The position numbers and the translations under genes were made by a program. Source: Candidatus Poribacteria bacterium (GTDB taxonomy: Bacteria > Poribacteria > WGA-4E > JAJDTR01). From it: DNA of 64,000 nucleotides. The notes beneath the pieces are model-generated. The model made no database searches. It saw nothing but the letters and a program-made list of their open reading frames with translations, and was not told the origin of the DNA. Positions 50,489-63,300 of the stretch are shown one piece after another (the first letter of the stretch is position 1; the number at the start of each line of letters is the position of its first letter). Where the stretch lies: contig CBDCTK010000002.1 in assembly GCA_965222225.1 (NCBI GenBank), positions 288,001 to 352,000 of the forward strand. The letters are read 5' to 3'.

Positions 50489-52573
50489 GTGAATCGAGGA
50501 CACTCAATTGAGAAAATTCGAAACATCGGCATCATGGCGCACATTGACGCCGGGAAGACAACCACGACCGAGCGTATTCTGTTTTATACCGGCAAGAAAC
50601 ACAAGATAGGCGCGGTCGATGACGGTACCGCTGAAATGGATTGGATGATCCAAGAACGGGAGCGTGGTGTCACAATTACCGCAGCAGCGACGACCTGTTT
50701 CTGGCAAGATCATGCGATCCATCTCATTGATACTCCCGGACATGTCGATTTCACCGTCGAAGTCGAGCGTTCGTTGCGCGTCCTTGATGGGGCAATTGCG
50801 CTCTTCTGTGCGGTAGGAGGAGTCGAGCCGCAGTCGGAAACTGTCTGGCATCAAGCCAACCGTTACCATATCCCTCGCATCGCATTCGTGAATAAAATGG
50901 ATCGGGTGGGAGCGAATTTTACTCGTACCGTGGAGATGATGCGTGAGCGCTTAGGTGCCAATCCCCTCGCTATCCAATTACCAGTAGGCGCCGAACACAC
51001 CTTTGCCGGTGTCATCGATCTGGTGCGAATGAAGGCGATTCGCTGGCACGATGAGGACTTTGGTCAGACGTTCGATCTTGAAGACATTCCATCGGATATG
51101 GTTGCTGAGGCAACAGAGATGCGCGAGACACTAATCGACACCGTGGCAGCCGAGGATGACGAACTTCTGGAGAAGTACCTTGATGGAGAAGTTATTTCGG
51201 ACGAAGAATTAACCTGCGGAATTCGGGTAGGGACACTCGGCGGCGCGTTTGTACCGGTGTTGTGCGGTACCTCATTGAAGAACCAAGGAGTGCAACCATT
51301 AATTGACGCCGTGGTCACCTATTTGCCATCACCCCTTGATGTCCCGCCAATTGAAGGAATTGTCCCAACGAGTGGTCACGGAGAAACGCGAGAACCGAGC
51401 GATGATGCACCATTCGCCGCTTTGGCATTTAAGGTCGCGAGCGACGCAAACGTAGATAGGATTGTCTATTGCCGCATCTACTCGGGGACACTCGGTCGAG
51501 GCTGCCGAGTTTATAATGTGGTAAACGGGAGGACTGAACGAATCACACGAATTCTACAGATGCACGCCAATAAGCAACAGGTGTGTGATACGGCTTATGC
51601 CGGGGACATTGTTGCGCTGGTAGGGCTAAGAAGTACCAAGACGGGAGATACTCTAACGTTCCCTGAACACCCGATTTTGCTGGATTCGATAAGTTTTCCC
51701 GATCCGGTCATCTCCGTTGCAATCGAGCCACAGAGCGAAAGTGACAAGGACAAACTCGAAGAAACGTTGCAAATCCTGATGGATGAGGACCCGACATTTA
51801 CCGTGGCAATCGACTCCGATACGGGGCAACGCGTTATCTCGGGCATGGGCGAGTTGCATTTGGAAATATTGACCGATCGGATGATTCGCGAGTTTGGCGT
51901 TAACGCGCGCGTGAGCAAATTGCAGGTGGCTTACCGTGAGACAATAACCCGTGAGGCTGAAGCGCAGGGAAAATACATCCACAAAACGGAGGAAGAGGGC
52001 ATCTATGGAGATGTAGTCTTGCGGGTCGAGCCGTTGCCAAAAGGAGACGGATTTCAGTTTGCCGACGAAACCGATGAAACTCAGATTCCCCGCGACTTCA
52101 TCCCTAGGGTCGAAAGGGCTTTGGAAGGTGCGCTGAACATCGGCGTCTTGACAGGTTTTCCGATGCAGGATATTAAGGCAACGCTTATTGGTGGTTCATA
52201 TCATGAAACGGATTCGTCCGAAGTCGCTTTCGAAGCGGCGGCTGTCATTGCCTTTGAGAATGCCGTCCGCGGGGCACAGCCAAGGCTTTTGGAGCCTATT
52301 ATGAGGATGCGGGTCATTGTATCCAGTGAACATACCGGAAGGGTTATCGGCGACCTAAATGCTCGTCGTGCCCGAATTCGGCAAACCGGTACTCAGGGGA
52401 CTTCCGAGGTTATTGATGCCGACATTCCGTTAGCAGAGACGTTCCAATATACTACCAAACTCCGGTCAATGACTCAGGGCCGTGGTTCGTTCACGATGGA
52501 ATTTGCGTATCATGAACCCGTACCCGCAAGTCTTCGCAGCGTAATTTTGAATCAGCGATTGACGTTTGAGTAA
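50489..52573 (+). CDS. fusA: Elongation factor G (orphan paralogue)
   Basis: [29 protein letters not shown] and LLEP; 694 aa. No rpsL, rpsG or tuf neighbours. Confidence 0.92.
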   Translation: MNRGHSIEKIRNIGIMAHIDAGKTTTTERILFYTGKKHKIGAVDDGTAEMDWMIQERERGVTITAAATTCFWQDHAIHLIDTPGHVDFTVEVERSLRVLDGAIALFCAVGGVEPQSETVWHQANRYHIPRIAFVNKMDRVGANFTRTVEMMRERLGANPLAIQLPVGAEHTFAGVIDLVRMKAIRWHDEDFGQTFDLEDIPSDMVAEATEMRETLIDTVAAEDDELLEKYLDGEVISDEELTCGIRVGTLGGAFVPVLCGTSLKNQGVQPLIDAVVTYLPSPLDVPPIEGIVPTSGHGETREPSDDAPFAALAFKVASDANVDRIVYCRIYSGTLGRGCRVYNVVNGRTERITRILQMHANKQQVCDTAYAGDIVALVGLRSTKTGDTLTFPEHPILLDSISFPDPVISVAIEPQSESDKDKLEETLQILMDEDPTFTVAIDSDTGQRVISGMGELHLEILTDRMIREFGVNARVSKLQVAYRETITREAEAQGKYIHKTEEEGIYGDVVLRVEPLPKGDGFQFADETDETQIPRDFIPRVERALEGALNIGVLTGFPMQDIKATLIGGSYHETDSSEVAFEAAAVIAFENAVRGAQPRLLEPIMRMRVIVSSEHTGRVIGDLNARRARIRQTGTQGTSEVIDADIPLAETFQYTTKLRSMTQGRGSFTMEFAYHEPVPASLRSVILNQRLTFE

Positions 52574-52660
52574 TTCGGATTGGTCGTTCTTCCATTATAT
52601 CTTGGATTCGGCGAAAGGAATGCGCGATTCAGGCTTGGACATAGCCACCATTCACCGTTG

Positions 52661-53443
52661 CTAGACGACATTGGACAATCCGCCATCAAGGTTTATCGCC
52701 GTGCCTGTAATGAAAGAAGCGCACTCCGACGCGAGGAAGGCGACAAGCGCTCCGGCATCGGAGGGTTCGCCGAGGCGTCCTAGGGGATGCTCTTTTGTCC
52801 GCTCAATCCAATACTCGTCCAAGGTGCCACGTTCCCCTTCCGCCTTCCAAGCGCGTTCTCCCTGCGTGCTCTTTATAGAAGTCAAGCACACGGTGTTTAC
52901 GAGGATATTGTGTGGCAATAGTTCCTTGGATAGCGCCTTCGTCATAGCGATGCCCGCCGCGCGGCTCACGGAGGTCGGGTACGAGGCTGCACCGGGCTGT
53001 TTGCCCCCCGGATGCGTAATGTTGATAATCCGTCCTCCACCGACAAGTTTCATCTGTGGAATGACTAAACGTGCACAACGCACAGCCCCCATCAGTTTCA
53101 GATCCAAATCGGCATACCAGGCATCGTCGGTCAGCTCATCAAAGGCGCTCGTGGCAGACCTGCCGGCGTTGTTGACCAAAATGTCAATGCGTCCGAAATG
53201 ATCGACTACTCGGTTGATGAAATTCGTTAGCGTTTCCGGGTTGGTCACGTCGGCAGAAACAGCGAGGAGGTCACCGCTAGTCGACGCACGAAGTTCCTCA
53301 GCTGCCTGGTGCATGACATCGTCGCGCCGCGCGCAAATCGCTACCTTTGCACGCTCTTGCAGAAACCGGAGCGCGATTCCCTTTCCGATTCCTTCACTGC
53401 CGCCCGTAATAACCGCAACTTTTCCGCTCAATCCAAGATCCAT
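52661..53443 (-). CDS. SDR-family oxidoreductase
   Basis: TGGSEGIG and NNAG; atypical active site (no YxxxK). RBS GAGGAG. Confidence 0.88.
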   Translation of the reverse strand: MDLGLSGKVAVITGGSEGIGKGIALRFLQERAKVAICARRDDVMHQAAEELRASTSGDLLAVSADVTNPETLTNFINRVVDHFGRIDILVNNAGRSATSAFDELTDDAWYADLDLKLMGAVRCARLVIPQMKLVGGGRIINITHPGGKQPGAASYPTSVSRAAGIAMTKALSKELLPHNILVNTVCLTSIKSTQGERAWKAEGERGTLDEYWIERTKEHPLGRLGEPSDAGALVAFLASECASFITGTAINLDGGLSNVV

Positions 53444-53536
53444 ATCGATTCTCCTCAAGCAAGTTAATATCCGTGGTTTGCCCTAGAAACGCAACTCATG
53501 GTGCAACGAGTCACCGGTCAAATGTCGGACATTATG

Positions 53537-54487
53537 TCAGTATCCCCTAGTTTGATCGACAATATTGGTTAAGGGTTGACCTGCAACAAAGCGCTGAAGG
53601 TTTTCGCAGAAGAGGTTGAATATCCGTCCCCAAGACTTGGGAGACGCCCCTGCATGGTGTGGAGTAATAATCACGTTATCCATCTCCCAAAGCGGGCTGT
53701 CCTGCGGCAACGGCTCAGGGTCGGTTACATCGAGGCCAGCGCCGGCAATCTCCTTCGTTTGCAGAGCGTCAACCAATGCCGCTTGATCGATGATCTGTCC
53801 TCTTCCAATAGTAACCAGAATGGCTGTCGATTTCATGGCGCGGAATTCGGGCGCTCCCATCATACTTTTCGTTTGCGGTGTCAGGGGACAACAGATTGCC
53901 ACGAAGTCCGACTGACCTAGCATATCGTGCAAGCGATCCATTTTCCACAATGACTCAACGTAATCCGGTTTTCCCGTTTGCGTCGGATCGGCAGCTAGAA
54001 TACGCATGTCGAAGGCGTGAGCCCGTTTCGCTACCTGTAGACCGATATTTCCCAGACCGACAATTCCCAAGGTTTCTCCGGAGATTTCAAGAACAGGCAG
54101 GTTTCTGAAGTTTTCCCAAAATTTGTTAATCTGGTTTTTTATAGAAGTGTGGAGTGTGCGTGTGAAAGCGAGAATAAGCGACATAACGTGTTCGGAAATG
54201 TTAATAGCAGTTGAACCGCGCACGTTGGTCAACACAATATCACTATTGAGCAATTCTGGGCAAAGCACGCTCTCGACGCCGACGCTGCTAAGCTGGATCC
54301 AACGAAGTTTTCTTGCGCGTTCAATCATTTCGGGATTTATACCAAATCCGAAAAAGGCATCGGCATCCTCAATCTCGCGTATCTTATCTTCATCTGTTGT
54401 CGCCGCCACAAAACTTGCTTTGGGGACAATGGAGTGGGCAAGTGAAAGATTTTCGTCACTTAAATCGTATGACATGACAATTTTCAT
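53537..54487 (-). CDS. D-2-hydroxyacid dehydrogenase
   Basis: GIVGLGNIG, TIGRG, AGLDV and TPH. Paralogue of 41979-42932. Confidence 0.92.
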   Translation of the reverse strand: MKIVMSYDLSDENLSLAHSIVPKASFVAATTDEDKIREIEDADAFFGFGINPEMIERARKLRWIQLSSVGVESVLCPELLNSDIVLTNVRGSTAINISEHVMSLILAFTRTLHTSIKNQINKFWENFRNLPVLEISGETLGIVGLGNIGLQVAKRAHAFDMRILAADPTQTGKPDYVESLWKMDRLHDMLGQSDFVAICCPLTPQTKSMMGAPEFRAMKSTAILVTIGRGQIIDQAALVDALQTKEIAGAGLDVTDPEPLPQDSPLWEMDNVIITPHHAGASPKSWGRIFNLFCENLQRFVAGQPLTNIVDQTRGY

Positions 54488-54632
54488 AGTTTGTCCTTTC
54501 TGCGTGGAAGCGTTTATGTGTCGGGTCGATATTACGACACCGCCGACTTCCAAATCGCGTGAAGTTTCACGATTCTTCGTGCTGCTTGGCAGCGAAGCAA
54601 GTTCAGGGCGTTAAGCCTTTATCGTGATTTTC

Positions 54633-56231
54633 TCATCTTTCCAGGGCTTGGTTTCGTGCGGCCCTCTCAATCGCTTCGGGAATAGCTTCCAACACATCCC
54701 CAGCAATTAGTCCGTGCATCCCGGTCATCTCAGCGCTGATATCGCCAGCGAGACCGTGTAGGTATGCGCCGAGTACACCCGCTTCCGAGATTGGCACGCC
54801 CTGTGCCGTGAGTCCTGTGATTAGCCCGGCAAGAACATCGCCCATGCCGCCGGTTGCCATCCCCGGATTTCCCGTAGAATTAAGCCAAACTTCGCCAGTG
54901 TTGAGGGCAATTACCGTTGGAACACCTTTTAGAACGAGCGTTACCCCATGTTCCTGAGCGAACTCCCGAGCGACGCCGATGCGATCCCGCTCTATTTTGG
55001 GAACGCTCAAGCCAGTGAGTCGAGCCATTTCCCCCGGGTGAGGGGTTAGAATGGTTTGTGGTGGTAGAGAAGAGAGCAGATTGTTGACCTTGGAACGGGA
55101 GAAGGAGCGGTCTGTTTGCGCTTCTGCTAGCGCATTCAAACCATCAGCGTCAATTACCGTGGGGTGGTCTATTTCGCGGACCAAACTCTGAATGAGGTCT
55201 ACGGTTTCAGGGTGTTGCGACAGTCCAGGCCCAATGGCGAGAACGGCGGCGGTCCGTTCAATGAATTCGAGAATCTGCGGTTTAGCCGCCAACGCTAATG
55301 ATCCTTCAGTTGTCTCGGGTAACGGAGTGGTCATCACTTCGCTGAGTTTTGCTTCCACTATGGGATTCAGACTCTTTGGTACCCCAAGCGTGACCAAACC
55401 TGCCCCGGCGCGTAACGCGGCTTGACTTGCCAGAACTGCGGCGCCGGTCATACCTGTTGAACCAGCGAGAACAAGCACATGTCCATAGCTGCCTTTGTGG
55501 GAATAAGTCGGTCGAGCCGGAATCCAGGTGGCAACTTGATACGGTTGTGTCAAGTTTACCCAAATATCTTTCGATTCGACGACGCTCCGTGGAAAACCGA
55601 TGTCCGCAATCTCCAGCGCGCCTACTGTTTGTGCTCCCGGGTAGAGAAGTGTACCTCGCTTCGGAAGTCCAAGTGTCACGGTACAATCCGCGCAAATACA
55701 TGCGCCTTCTACCGCACCGGTGTCCGCGTTCAACCCGGACGGTAGATCGATTGCCATTATCGGGCAATTGGTTGAGTTAAGCCAATCAATGACATCCTTA
55801 ATATATCCTTCTATTCCACCGCGTAACCCTGTTCCAAAGATAGCGTCAACAATCAGGTCGCAGGAAACAATCTCTTTATCAAGCTTATTAAGGTCAGGTT
55901 CTGAGAGAACTTCCATAGTCGGAAGTCCCAGTTTTCGTGCAACTTGCAGGTTTGTCAACGCATCTCCAGTAAAGCGCTCCGGCGATGAAACAAGAACTAT
56001 TTGAACTGTATATCCTGCATGGGCAAGCTGTCTGGCTAAAGCCAGCCCATCTCCTCCATTATTTCCTTTGCCGATGACGATTCCAACATGCCGACATTCG
56101 GAAAAGTTTCTTTGAATCGATCTGAAAAGAGCAGTAGCCGCGGCCTCCATCAGCACCATGCCCGGGATACCAATCTCCTCAATGGTCTGTTTATCGATTT
56201 GCCGCATTTCTTCCGCGGTTACGACCTTCAT
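54633..56231 (-). CDS. nnr: Bifunctional NAD(P)H-hydrate epimerase/dehydratase
   Basis: GKGNNGGDG, DAIFGTG, HKGSYG, IGPGL, DADGL, TPHPGE and GGMGDVL. Confidence 0.95.
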   Translation of the reverse strand: MKVVTAEEMRQIDKQTIEEIGIPGMVLMEAAATALFRSIQRNFSECRHVGIVIGKGNNGGDGLALARQLAHAGYTVQIVLVSSPERFTGDALTNLQVARKLGLPTMEVLSEPDLNKLDKEIVSCDLIVDAIFGTGLRGGIEGYIKDVIDWLNSTNCPIMAIDLPSGLNADTGAVEGACICADCTVTLGLPKRGTLLYPGAQTVGALEIADIGFPRSVVESKDIWVNLTQPYQVATWIPARPTYSHKGSYGHVLVLAGSTGMTGAAVLASQAALRAGAGLVTLGVPKSLNPIVEAKLSEVMTTPLPETTEGSLALAAKPQILEFIERTAAVLAIGPGLSQHPETVDLIQSLVREIDHPTVIDADGLNALAEAQTDRSFSRSKVNNLLSSLPPQTILTPHPGEMARLTGLSVPKIERDRIGVAREFAQEHGVTLVLKGVPTVIALNTGEVWLNSTGNPGMATGGMGDVLAGLITGLTAQGVPISEAGVLGAYLHGLAGDISAEMTGMHGLIAGDVLEAIPEAIERAARNQALER

Positions 56232-56719
56232 TGTTCATCCTTTATCATGAACCTAGATTTTTGACGTATGGGAGTTGGGAGTATAGATCTCTTGGAAGGA
56301 GGAGGTATGTTTACGCAAGATTGCGTATTAGCTTAGTCTGTATAAGAGTGGCGAAATCTGTGCGGCATCGGGTACAGTTGTTTCAATTCTTCCACAACCC
56401 ATAGTACGGAAACTGAGTTCAATGTTGTAAGACAAATTTGATGACGGCAAATCCTTCTGGGCAATGCTATTATTTCTCCCAATAGCGCTGAGAGGAGGGA
56501 AAAGATAAAATCTACCGGCAAAATAATCGTCGAATGTCGAAAAGAAAGCAGTCTCACCCAATAGCAGTTTGCCGAAGAGACAGGGTAATCGTATCGGGAG
56601 TCCGCTGATACCTCAATCCGGAATTGTCAACACCGGACTTAATCGCGATTGCATTCACATGGATACAGCACCTTTATAGTCGTTTACATTCATATTTACA
56701 CATATGCAACAAACCAACT

Positions 56720-56873
56720 GTAGGGGATCAAGCGACTGAATAAGGAGGGCGATAGAGATCCCTTCCAGGTCGCGACTTCTTATCGCGAGCAGAGCTCGCT
56801 CCTACAGAAGACACGCCATAAACTACGCTACTACAAACCGAACAATGTAGGTCTTAAATGTATAATTCTTAGC
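56720..56873. repeat. Cluster of dispersed repeats in the nnr / giant-protein intergenic region
   Basis: Contains the GATCAAGCGACTGAATAAGGAGGGCGATAGAGATCC unit, the REP GCGAGCAGAGCTCGCTCCTAC, and the CTACTACAAACCGAACAA... unit shared with 15404. Confidence 0.65.
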
Positions 56874-57300
56874 TGTAATGACTATAAGAGCCGTGATCTG
56901 CGCTTTTTCAGGTGATTTTCAACTTGATTTTTTTGTCCCCTTTGCGTTACAGTGTAACACTGCACCGATGCAATGTCAACGGTGTAATCAGGACATAAGT
57001 GTTTGCATTCTGCGGCTACATATGCAATCTTATTCGTGCAAGACTACTAGGATGTGCCGAGATTCAGGACGCAACAATATGCAAGTACAGTGTTTGACCA
57101 AATACATCTGTTTCACCGAATTTGGGCGGTGTTATTATTGCCTTTAGCTCCTTCGAAGTGCATCCTCAACCAAAGAAGCGCATGTGCGTCTAAAGCGCAC
57201 AGAGGCCGTTTCAAAAACCGCCTTCCGTTTGACTTAAAATCAAAAATCTGGTTGGACAGATTCGCCTAGGGAAGTTGAAATTATTAGGAAATCCGTTTCT

Positions 57301-60300
57301 ATGATTAAGAATTGTATTCGTTGCCAAATATATCGGGTTCTAGCTGTCAAGAAGCCGAAAATCCGGTTCCGCACACTAAAATCCTCTTTACTGATTCAAC
57401 TGAGCTACTTCCTTTTGCTTCTAGTTATATCTGCTTCTGCTTGGGGTCAATTCTTCGAATCTCCACCGCGAGTCATTGATGATGCCAACGAAGACACAGT
57501 GTTTAGTCCGAATGGGGATGGCGTACAAGAAAATCTGATTATTAGTTTCGTGACGAATGGATTTACAGGCGATTATCGGATCATAATTGATGTGCACGGG
57601 CCCGGCGCAGTTGGTCAACCGGATGGCAAGTTCGACATTGATGATGACTGGCTTATCATAGGGGCAGTTGGCCCGGGGCAATCGGACCTATACCCCGGGA
57701 ATAATCCGAAAATCATACATCAAGAATGGGACGGAATGGACCGTGCTCCAAGCCAAGAAGCTCCGCCCAACGCGCGCCCGGTTGGAAACGGTAGTTATGA
57801 GATTCTTGTCGAAACCGATGCATTTGAGGATGGCGTGGTAAATATAATTGATTTTACTTACCAGTCATCTAAACTTACTGCTGTCATTGACGTTGACGCA
57901 CCGCAAATCTCGAGTACCGCCTCCCATCTATTCTTCTCGCCAAACAGTGATGCAATTAAAGATACCACAACAATCGCCTATACGCTATCCGAACATCTTT
58001 CCGAGCTCAGGTTGGAATTTGCCAATCTTGAAAGCCAACCCGCGATAAAGCTGACACATATTACAAGGGGCCAGCAATCGTTTGTTTGGAATGGGCTGGA
58101 TGGGCTTAGAACACCACTTGTTGATGGTACTTACAATCTCCGTCTACGTGGCACTGACAATGGCGGCAATGTGACGACATTTGATGCCGGTACGGTTCAA
58201 ATTGACACTAGGGCTCCTACCTTTTCGCAGATTATGCCGAGCCAGAATGCCTATTTGAAGACATCAGTTACCACTATTATGGTGGAATTTAATCCAGCGG
58301 AGCAGGAAAGTCCAATTGACTTTGATTCTTCGGTCACAACTATTAGTCTACAGAATGCGCGAGGCGAGATTTTCAGCGGCATAACGCGAAATGATGTTGC
58401 CAATAATCGCCTGACGTTAACATTGGACAATCCATTGGATACAATTTCGGAGAATGGCACGTATACCGCTGTTATCCGCGGAGCAGATGCAGCCGGGAAC
58501 CAGGTAGAAACCGGGAGTAGCTTCTACTTTGACACGGTGCCACCGACTCTAGAGCGAATTCGTTCGAATTATGGCAATTTTCCGCCAAACGGCTCTGTGA
58601 ACACAAAGATTACTTTCGTTGAGGTGGATTTAGACGATAACATTGATGATGGGTTAAATCTGTCCGCTTCGGCAATCGCACTCAATGGTCCGAATGGGGC
58701 AATCTTTGGGAATCAGACGTTCGGCGGCGATAGTACCTTGCGCTGGAATCTGAGAGTTCCCATAGCGACTGACGGTTCGGAAGATGGCATTTACACCATC
58801 ACGATAAATGCAACTGACCGCGCCGGCAATAGCGCAGATTTTGGCGAGATTTCCTTTGTCTATGACACTCAAGCTCCCAGGTTGGTTTCTCTCACACCAA
58901 ATCTTGAAGACAACTCGTTTCATCTCGGTGAAGGTACAATCTTCCGCAGCCAACCGTTATCACGAGTCGTTGCGGGCTTCGACGATGGAGATGGAAGTGG
59001 GGTTGACTTTGCCTCAACCCGCCTTGAAATCTTCCGTGCGGACGAAACGGGAGTTGGCAATATCTTCCTTGTGGGGACTCGCCATCCGAATGCCGCGGAT
59101 GGCACGTTGGATTTCCTGTTATCCCAGCCGCTTGAAAACCAAGACGGAACTCAAGACGGCGCGTACACTATTCGGGTTACCTCGGAAGATGTCGCCGGAA
59201 ATACCGACACAAGTCAAGTTCACCTCATTTATGACACTGAGACACCAAGAATCGTCTCAACTACACCAGAGCGAGACGCAACAGTTACGACGCTGTCGCA
59301 AGTGACCTTGGTCATGGATGACCGCATGAGTGGTGTCGATTTTGCGAACACTATCTTGAAGCTAGTTCGCGAAAGCGTTGAATTCCGCGCGACTTCGAGT
59401 AACAACGGAAAGGATACGGCAGTCTTAACGTTGTCTAATTCGCTGGCGACCAATGGTTCAGATGATGGAGAATACAGGATTGAAATCACAACTGTAGATC
59501 GAGCCGGGAACGCAAGTGACCAAATTGAACGTCGAATTTTCTTAGTATCTCAACGTCCAGAGATTCGTTTGAACGTACCTGTTAAAAAAGAGGTTAATGA
59601 ACTCACCACAATTGACGCACAGCTTTTTGATTACATTGGCACCGGCGTAAACTTTTCGCCCGAAAAATCTAGCGTGGTTGTGATGCGTGCAGACGGAACA
59701 GTGCTTCCGTCTGCATCTGTGGAAGCAGACAAGGTCAACAATCGGCTCATTTGGATGGCAAAGACGCCGCTTCCGCGCGACGGTTCTGCGGATGGTGAAT
59801 ATGCAGTCAGTGTATACTATGAAGACTTCGTTGGACAGAACTTCACGCAAGATTTTGCGTTGATATTTGATACGCAGCTTCCAGGAGTCGCCCAAACAAC
59901 GCCGGCTGCCGGTGCGCGCGTTGCCCGATTGGGAACGATAACAGTAGAATTCGCCGCGGACCTTAGCGGTATTGATTTCTCGGCTGCTCAGGTGCGTTTA
60001 CTTGATCCGAATGGAGTGCCTGTAGGAACAAATCAATCAGATAACGGGGCGGATATCATTACGCTTCGTGTTCAAGAGCTCCAAGCCTCAGTGGTCGACG
60101 GTGTCTATATTATAGAAGTTACCCCTGCCGATTGGGCCGGAAATGTTGCAGACAGCCCTTTTCTATCGGGTTTCACGTACGCTCCTCGTGAACCCTCAAT
60201 ATTGCTTCAGCCGTCAACAAACCTACCAACTAACCAACTGAACCAGATTACGGCTACCCTCCAAGATTATGTTGGTCCCGGGATTAATTTTGATTCCGCT

Positions 60301-63300
60301 GAAACGTCGATATCCGTAAGGAGCACAAACGGATCGGAGATTACGGCTCACCCGATTCAATCCAATGGAGCTGAATTACAGTTGATTTGGACCGCAGCGT
60401 CGCCCTTACCTCGGGACGGTTCGGCTGACGGGGAGTATGAAGTTGTATCTCGGTTCGTCGAAAACTCAGGGCTAGGATCAACTTCTCCCGCGACTTTCGA
60501 GCGGATTTCCACGTTGATTTTTGACACCCAACTGCCACAAATTGCGAGCACAATCCCATCTCGGAATGCGTGGATAACACAGTTGGAACGGGCTACGATT
60601 GAGTTGGGAGATAATCTAAGCGGTGTGGATTTCGATCTCACTTTGACACAGTTGTTGGGTCCCGATAACAACCCAATCCCAACGAGTATCAGCAATGATG
60701 GCGAGAAACAGATTACGCTTACTTTTGATCCGTTTAAGACAGATGGTTCAGCCGATGGCGTGTATCGCCTCGAAATCACTCCCGCAGACCTGGCAGGTAA
60801 TGTTGGTGGGCTTTCAACCATTGAGTTTGTCTATGCCACGCAAGCACCTGAAATTGAGATATTGACACCGTCTGATGAGTCCATCGTCAATCGTGTTCCA
60901 GAGATTCGTGTCGTTGTTCGTGACAATTCGGGCGAAGGGATTGACTTTGAGAAGTCCAATATAACCTTGACGAACACGAACAACGCTGATGTTCATGGAA
61001 TTCTCCGAAATGATGATGCAGGCACACTCACGCTGGAAGTGGGATTGCCGACGGATGGTACGGTTGATGGCAAGTACTCAGTGAATCTAAATCTCGTTGA
61101 TAACCTGGGAGCTGAAGCTGCCTATACGCGACAGTTTACGTATGATAGCGTCCCGCCTACGATTGTTGCGGAATCACGCCCGCCCCGCGAGAACAGAATC
61201 ATTGAGAATCGGATAATTGTAGAGTTTGAAGTGACGGATACCTCTCCGGTAGTTGGAGCTGAGTCTGGCGTCGATTTTGATGCGACGACAATTCAGCTCC
61301 ACGATGCGAATGGTGAATCCATCGCCGGTGAAAAGAGAGATGATGGCGTAAAGCTAATTACCTTCACCTCTGCGGAGCTCAGGAGTGTAGATGTTTATAC
61401 GCTGACGGTAGTGGTTGCTGACCGTGCCGGGAATGTCAGTGTCCCGCAGCGATTTGCCTACACAGACGAGATTAAACCGCCACGTGTAATATCAATCTTG
61501 CCACCGCCGAAGTCAAGAGTAAATCGCTTGACAGAGATTTCTACCGTACTTGAGGATCAATCGGGCACGGGGATTGATTTCTCTGCCACTGGTTCAAGCA
61601 TGGAACTGCGTAATCCCAATGACATGGTAGTTGGGGGTCCTGTGGTCAATGATGGTGTTGATACCATGACGTTGAAATTGATTGACCCGCTTTTGGCTGA
61701 TGGCAGCGATGATGGAGTTTACACGATTACCGTTCAACCTGTTGACCAGCTTGGAGTCAGCGGACAAGTGCGGCAATTCAGGATAATCTATGATACGCAG
61801 AATCCACGTGTTCAATCAGTTTCGCACATTGATATGACGGCGAATTTATCCACCGTGAAAGATTCAGTGAGGCGCATTGAAGTCGAACTTGTTGAGACGG
61901 GGTCGGGGATAGACTTCGAACGTTCGTATGTTCAGTTGTGGCGTCATTCGGGGGATGAACGTATTCTAGTCGTGGGCGCGCTTGATGATGATGGGTTGTT
62001 ACTGTGGTGGCAACTGGACAATCCGCTCGCACGTAATGGGGTGGATGATGGCTTGTATTCAGTAGAAATAAAGGCGGTTGATAATGCCGGTAACGTAGAA
62101 GAGAAAGCATTCGGATTTCTTTATGGTACGCAGGCTCCCGTGATTGGCACCATCGCGCCGCCGCCGAAGTCAAGAGTAAACCGCTTGACAGAGATTACTG
62201 CTGTGCTTGAGGATCAATCGGGCACGGGGATTGATTTCTCTGCCACCGGTTCGAGCATGGAACTGCGTAATCCCAATGACATGGTAGTTGGGGGTACTGT
62301 GGCCAATGATGGTGTTGATACCATGACGTTGAAATTGATTGACGCGCTCTTGACTGATGGCAGCGATGATGGAGTTTACACGATTACTGTTCAACCTGTT
62401 GACCAGCTTGGAGTCAGCGGAGAAGTACGTCAATTCAGGATAATCTATGATACGCAGAATCCACGTGTGCAATCAGTTGCGCACATAGATATGACGGCGA
62501 ATGTATCTAACGTCAAAGATTCAGTGAGGCGCATTGAAGTCGAACTTATTGAGACGGGGTCGGGGATAGACTTCGAACGTTCGTATGTTCAGTTGTGGCG
62601 TCATACGGGAGATGAACGTGTTGTTGTTCCGGGTGCACTTGATGATGATGGGTCGTTACTGTGGTGGCAACTGGACAATGGACTCGCGCGCAATGGAGCG
62701 GATGATGGCGCGTATACGGTGGAGGTGAAGGCGGTTGATATTGCCGGTAATGTAGAAGAGAAAGAATACAGGCTTCTCTATGATACGCAAGTCCCCGTTA
62801 TTGGTTCTGTTAATGCCTCCGTGGTTGCCGGAGATACACTAGAGCTAGACACTGGCGGTACCCCCACGGTGGTTGAAGTGCCCATTCACCAGATTCATCT
62901 AGTTTTTACCGACGGTTCAGGTAGCGGGATAGATGTCTCACAGATACCCGTCCAACTAATTCAATCCAATGGGATAGCAGTCGCTGCAACGCAACAAAAT
63001 GATGGGATTGAAACTGTTTCCTTAAGATTCAAACCGCTCCGAGATGATGGGACGGACGACGGACGCTACTTTATACGAGTGGCACCAATAGATTTCTCGG
63101 GTAACACTTATACAAGTCCGTTAGAATTTCAGTTCCTCTATTCAACGAGGAAACCCGAGATCGTTTCGACCACGCCAGCCGAGTACACATCTGTTAATTT
63201 ATTGGACTCGGTTAGTGCAGTACTCTTGGACTATAGCGGAGAAGGAATTGACTTTGATCGTTCTACAGTTGGTTTGTACAATGACGAAGGAAACCTAATT

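Noticed and set aside
15460-56761. Possible CRISPR repeats (37-bp recurring unit)
   Set aside because: Copies are dispersed and degenerate, not regularly spaced with unique spacers; no cas genes.
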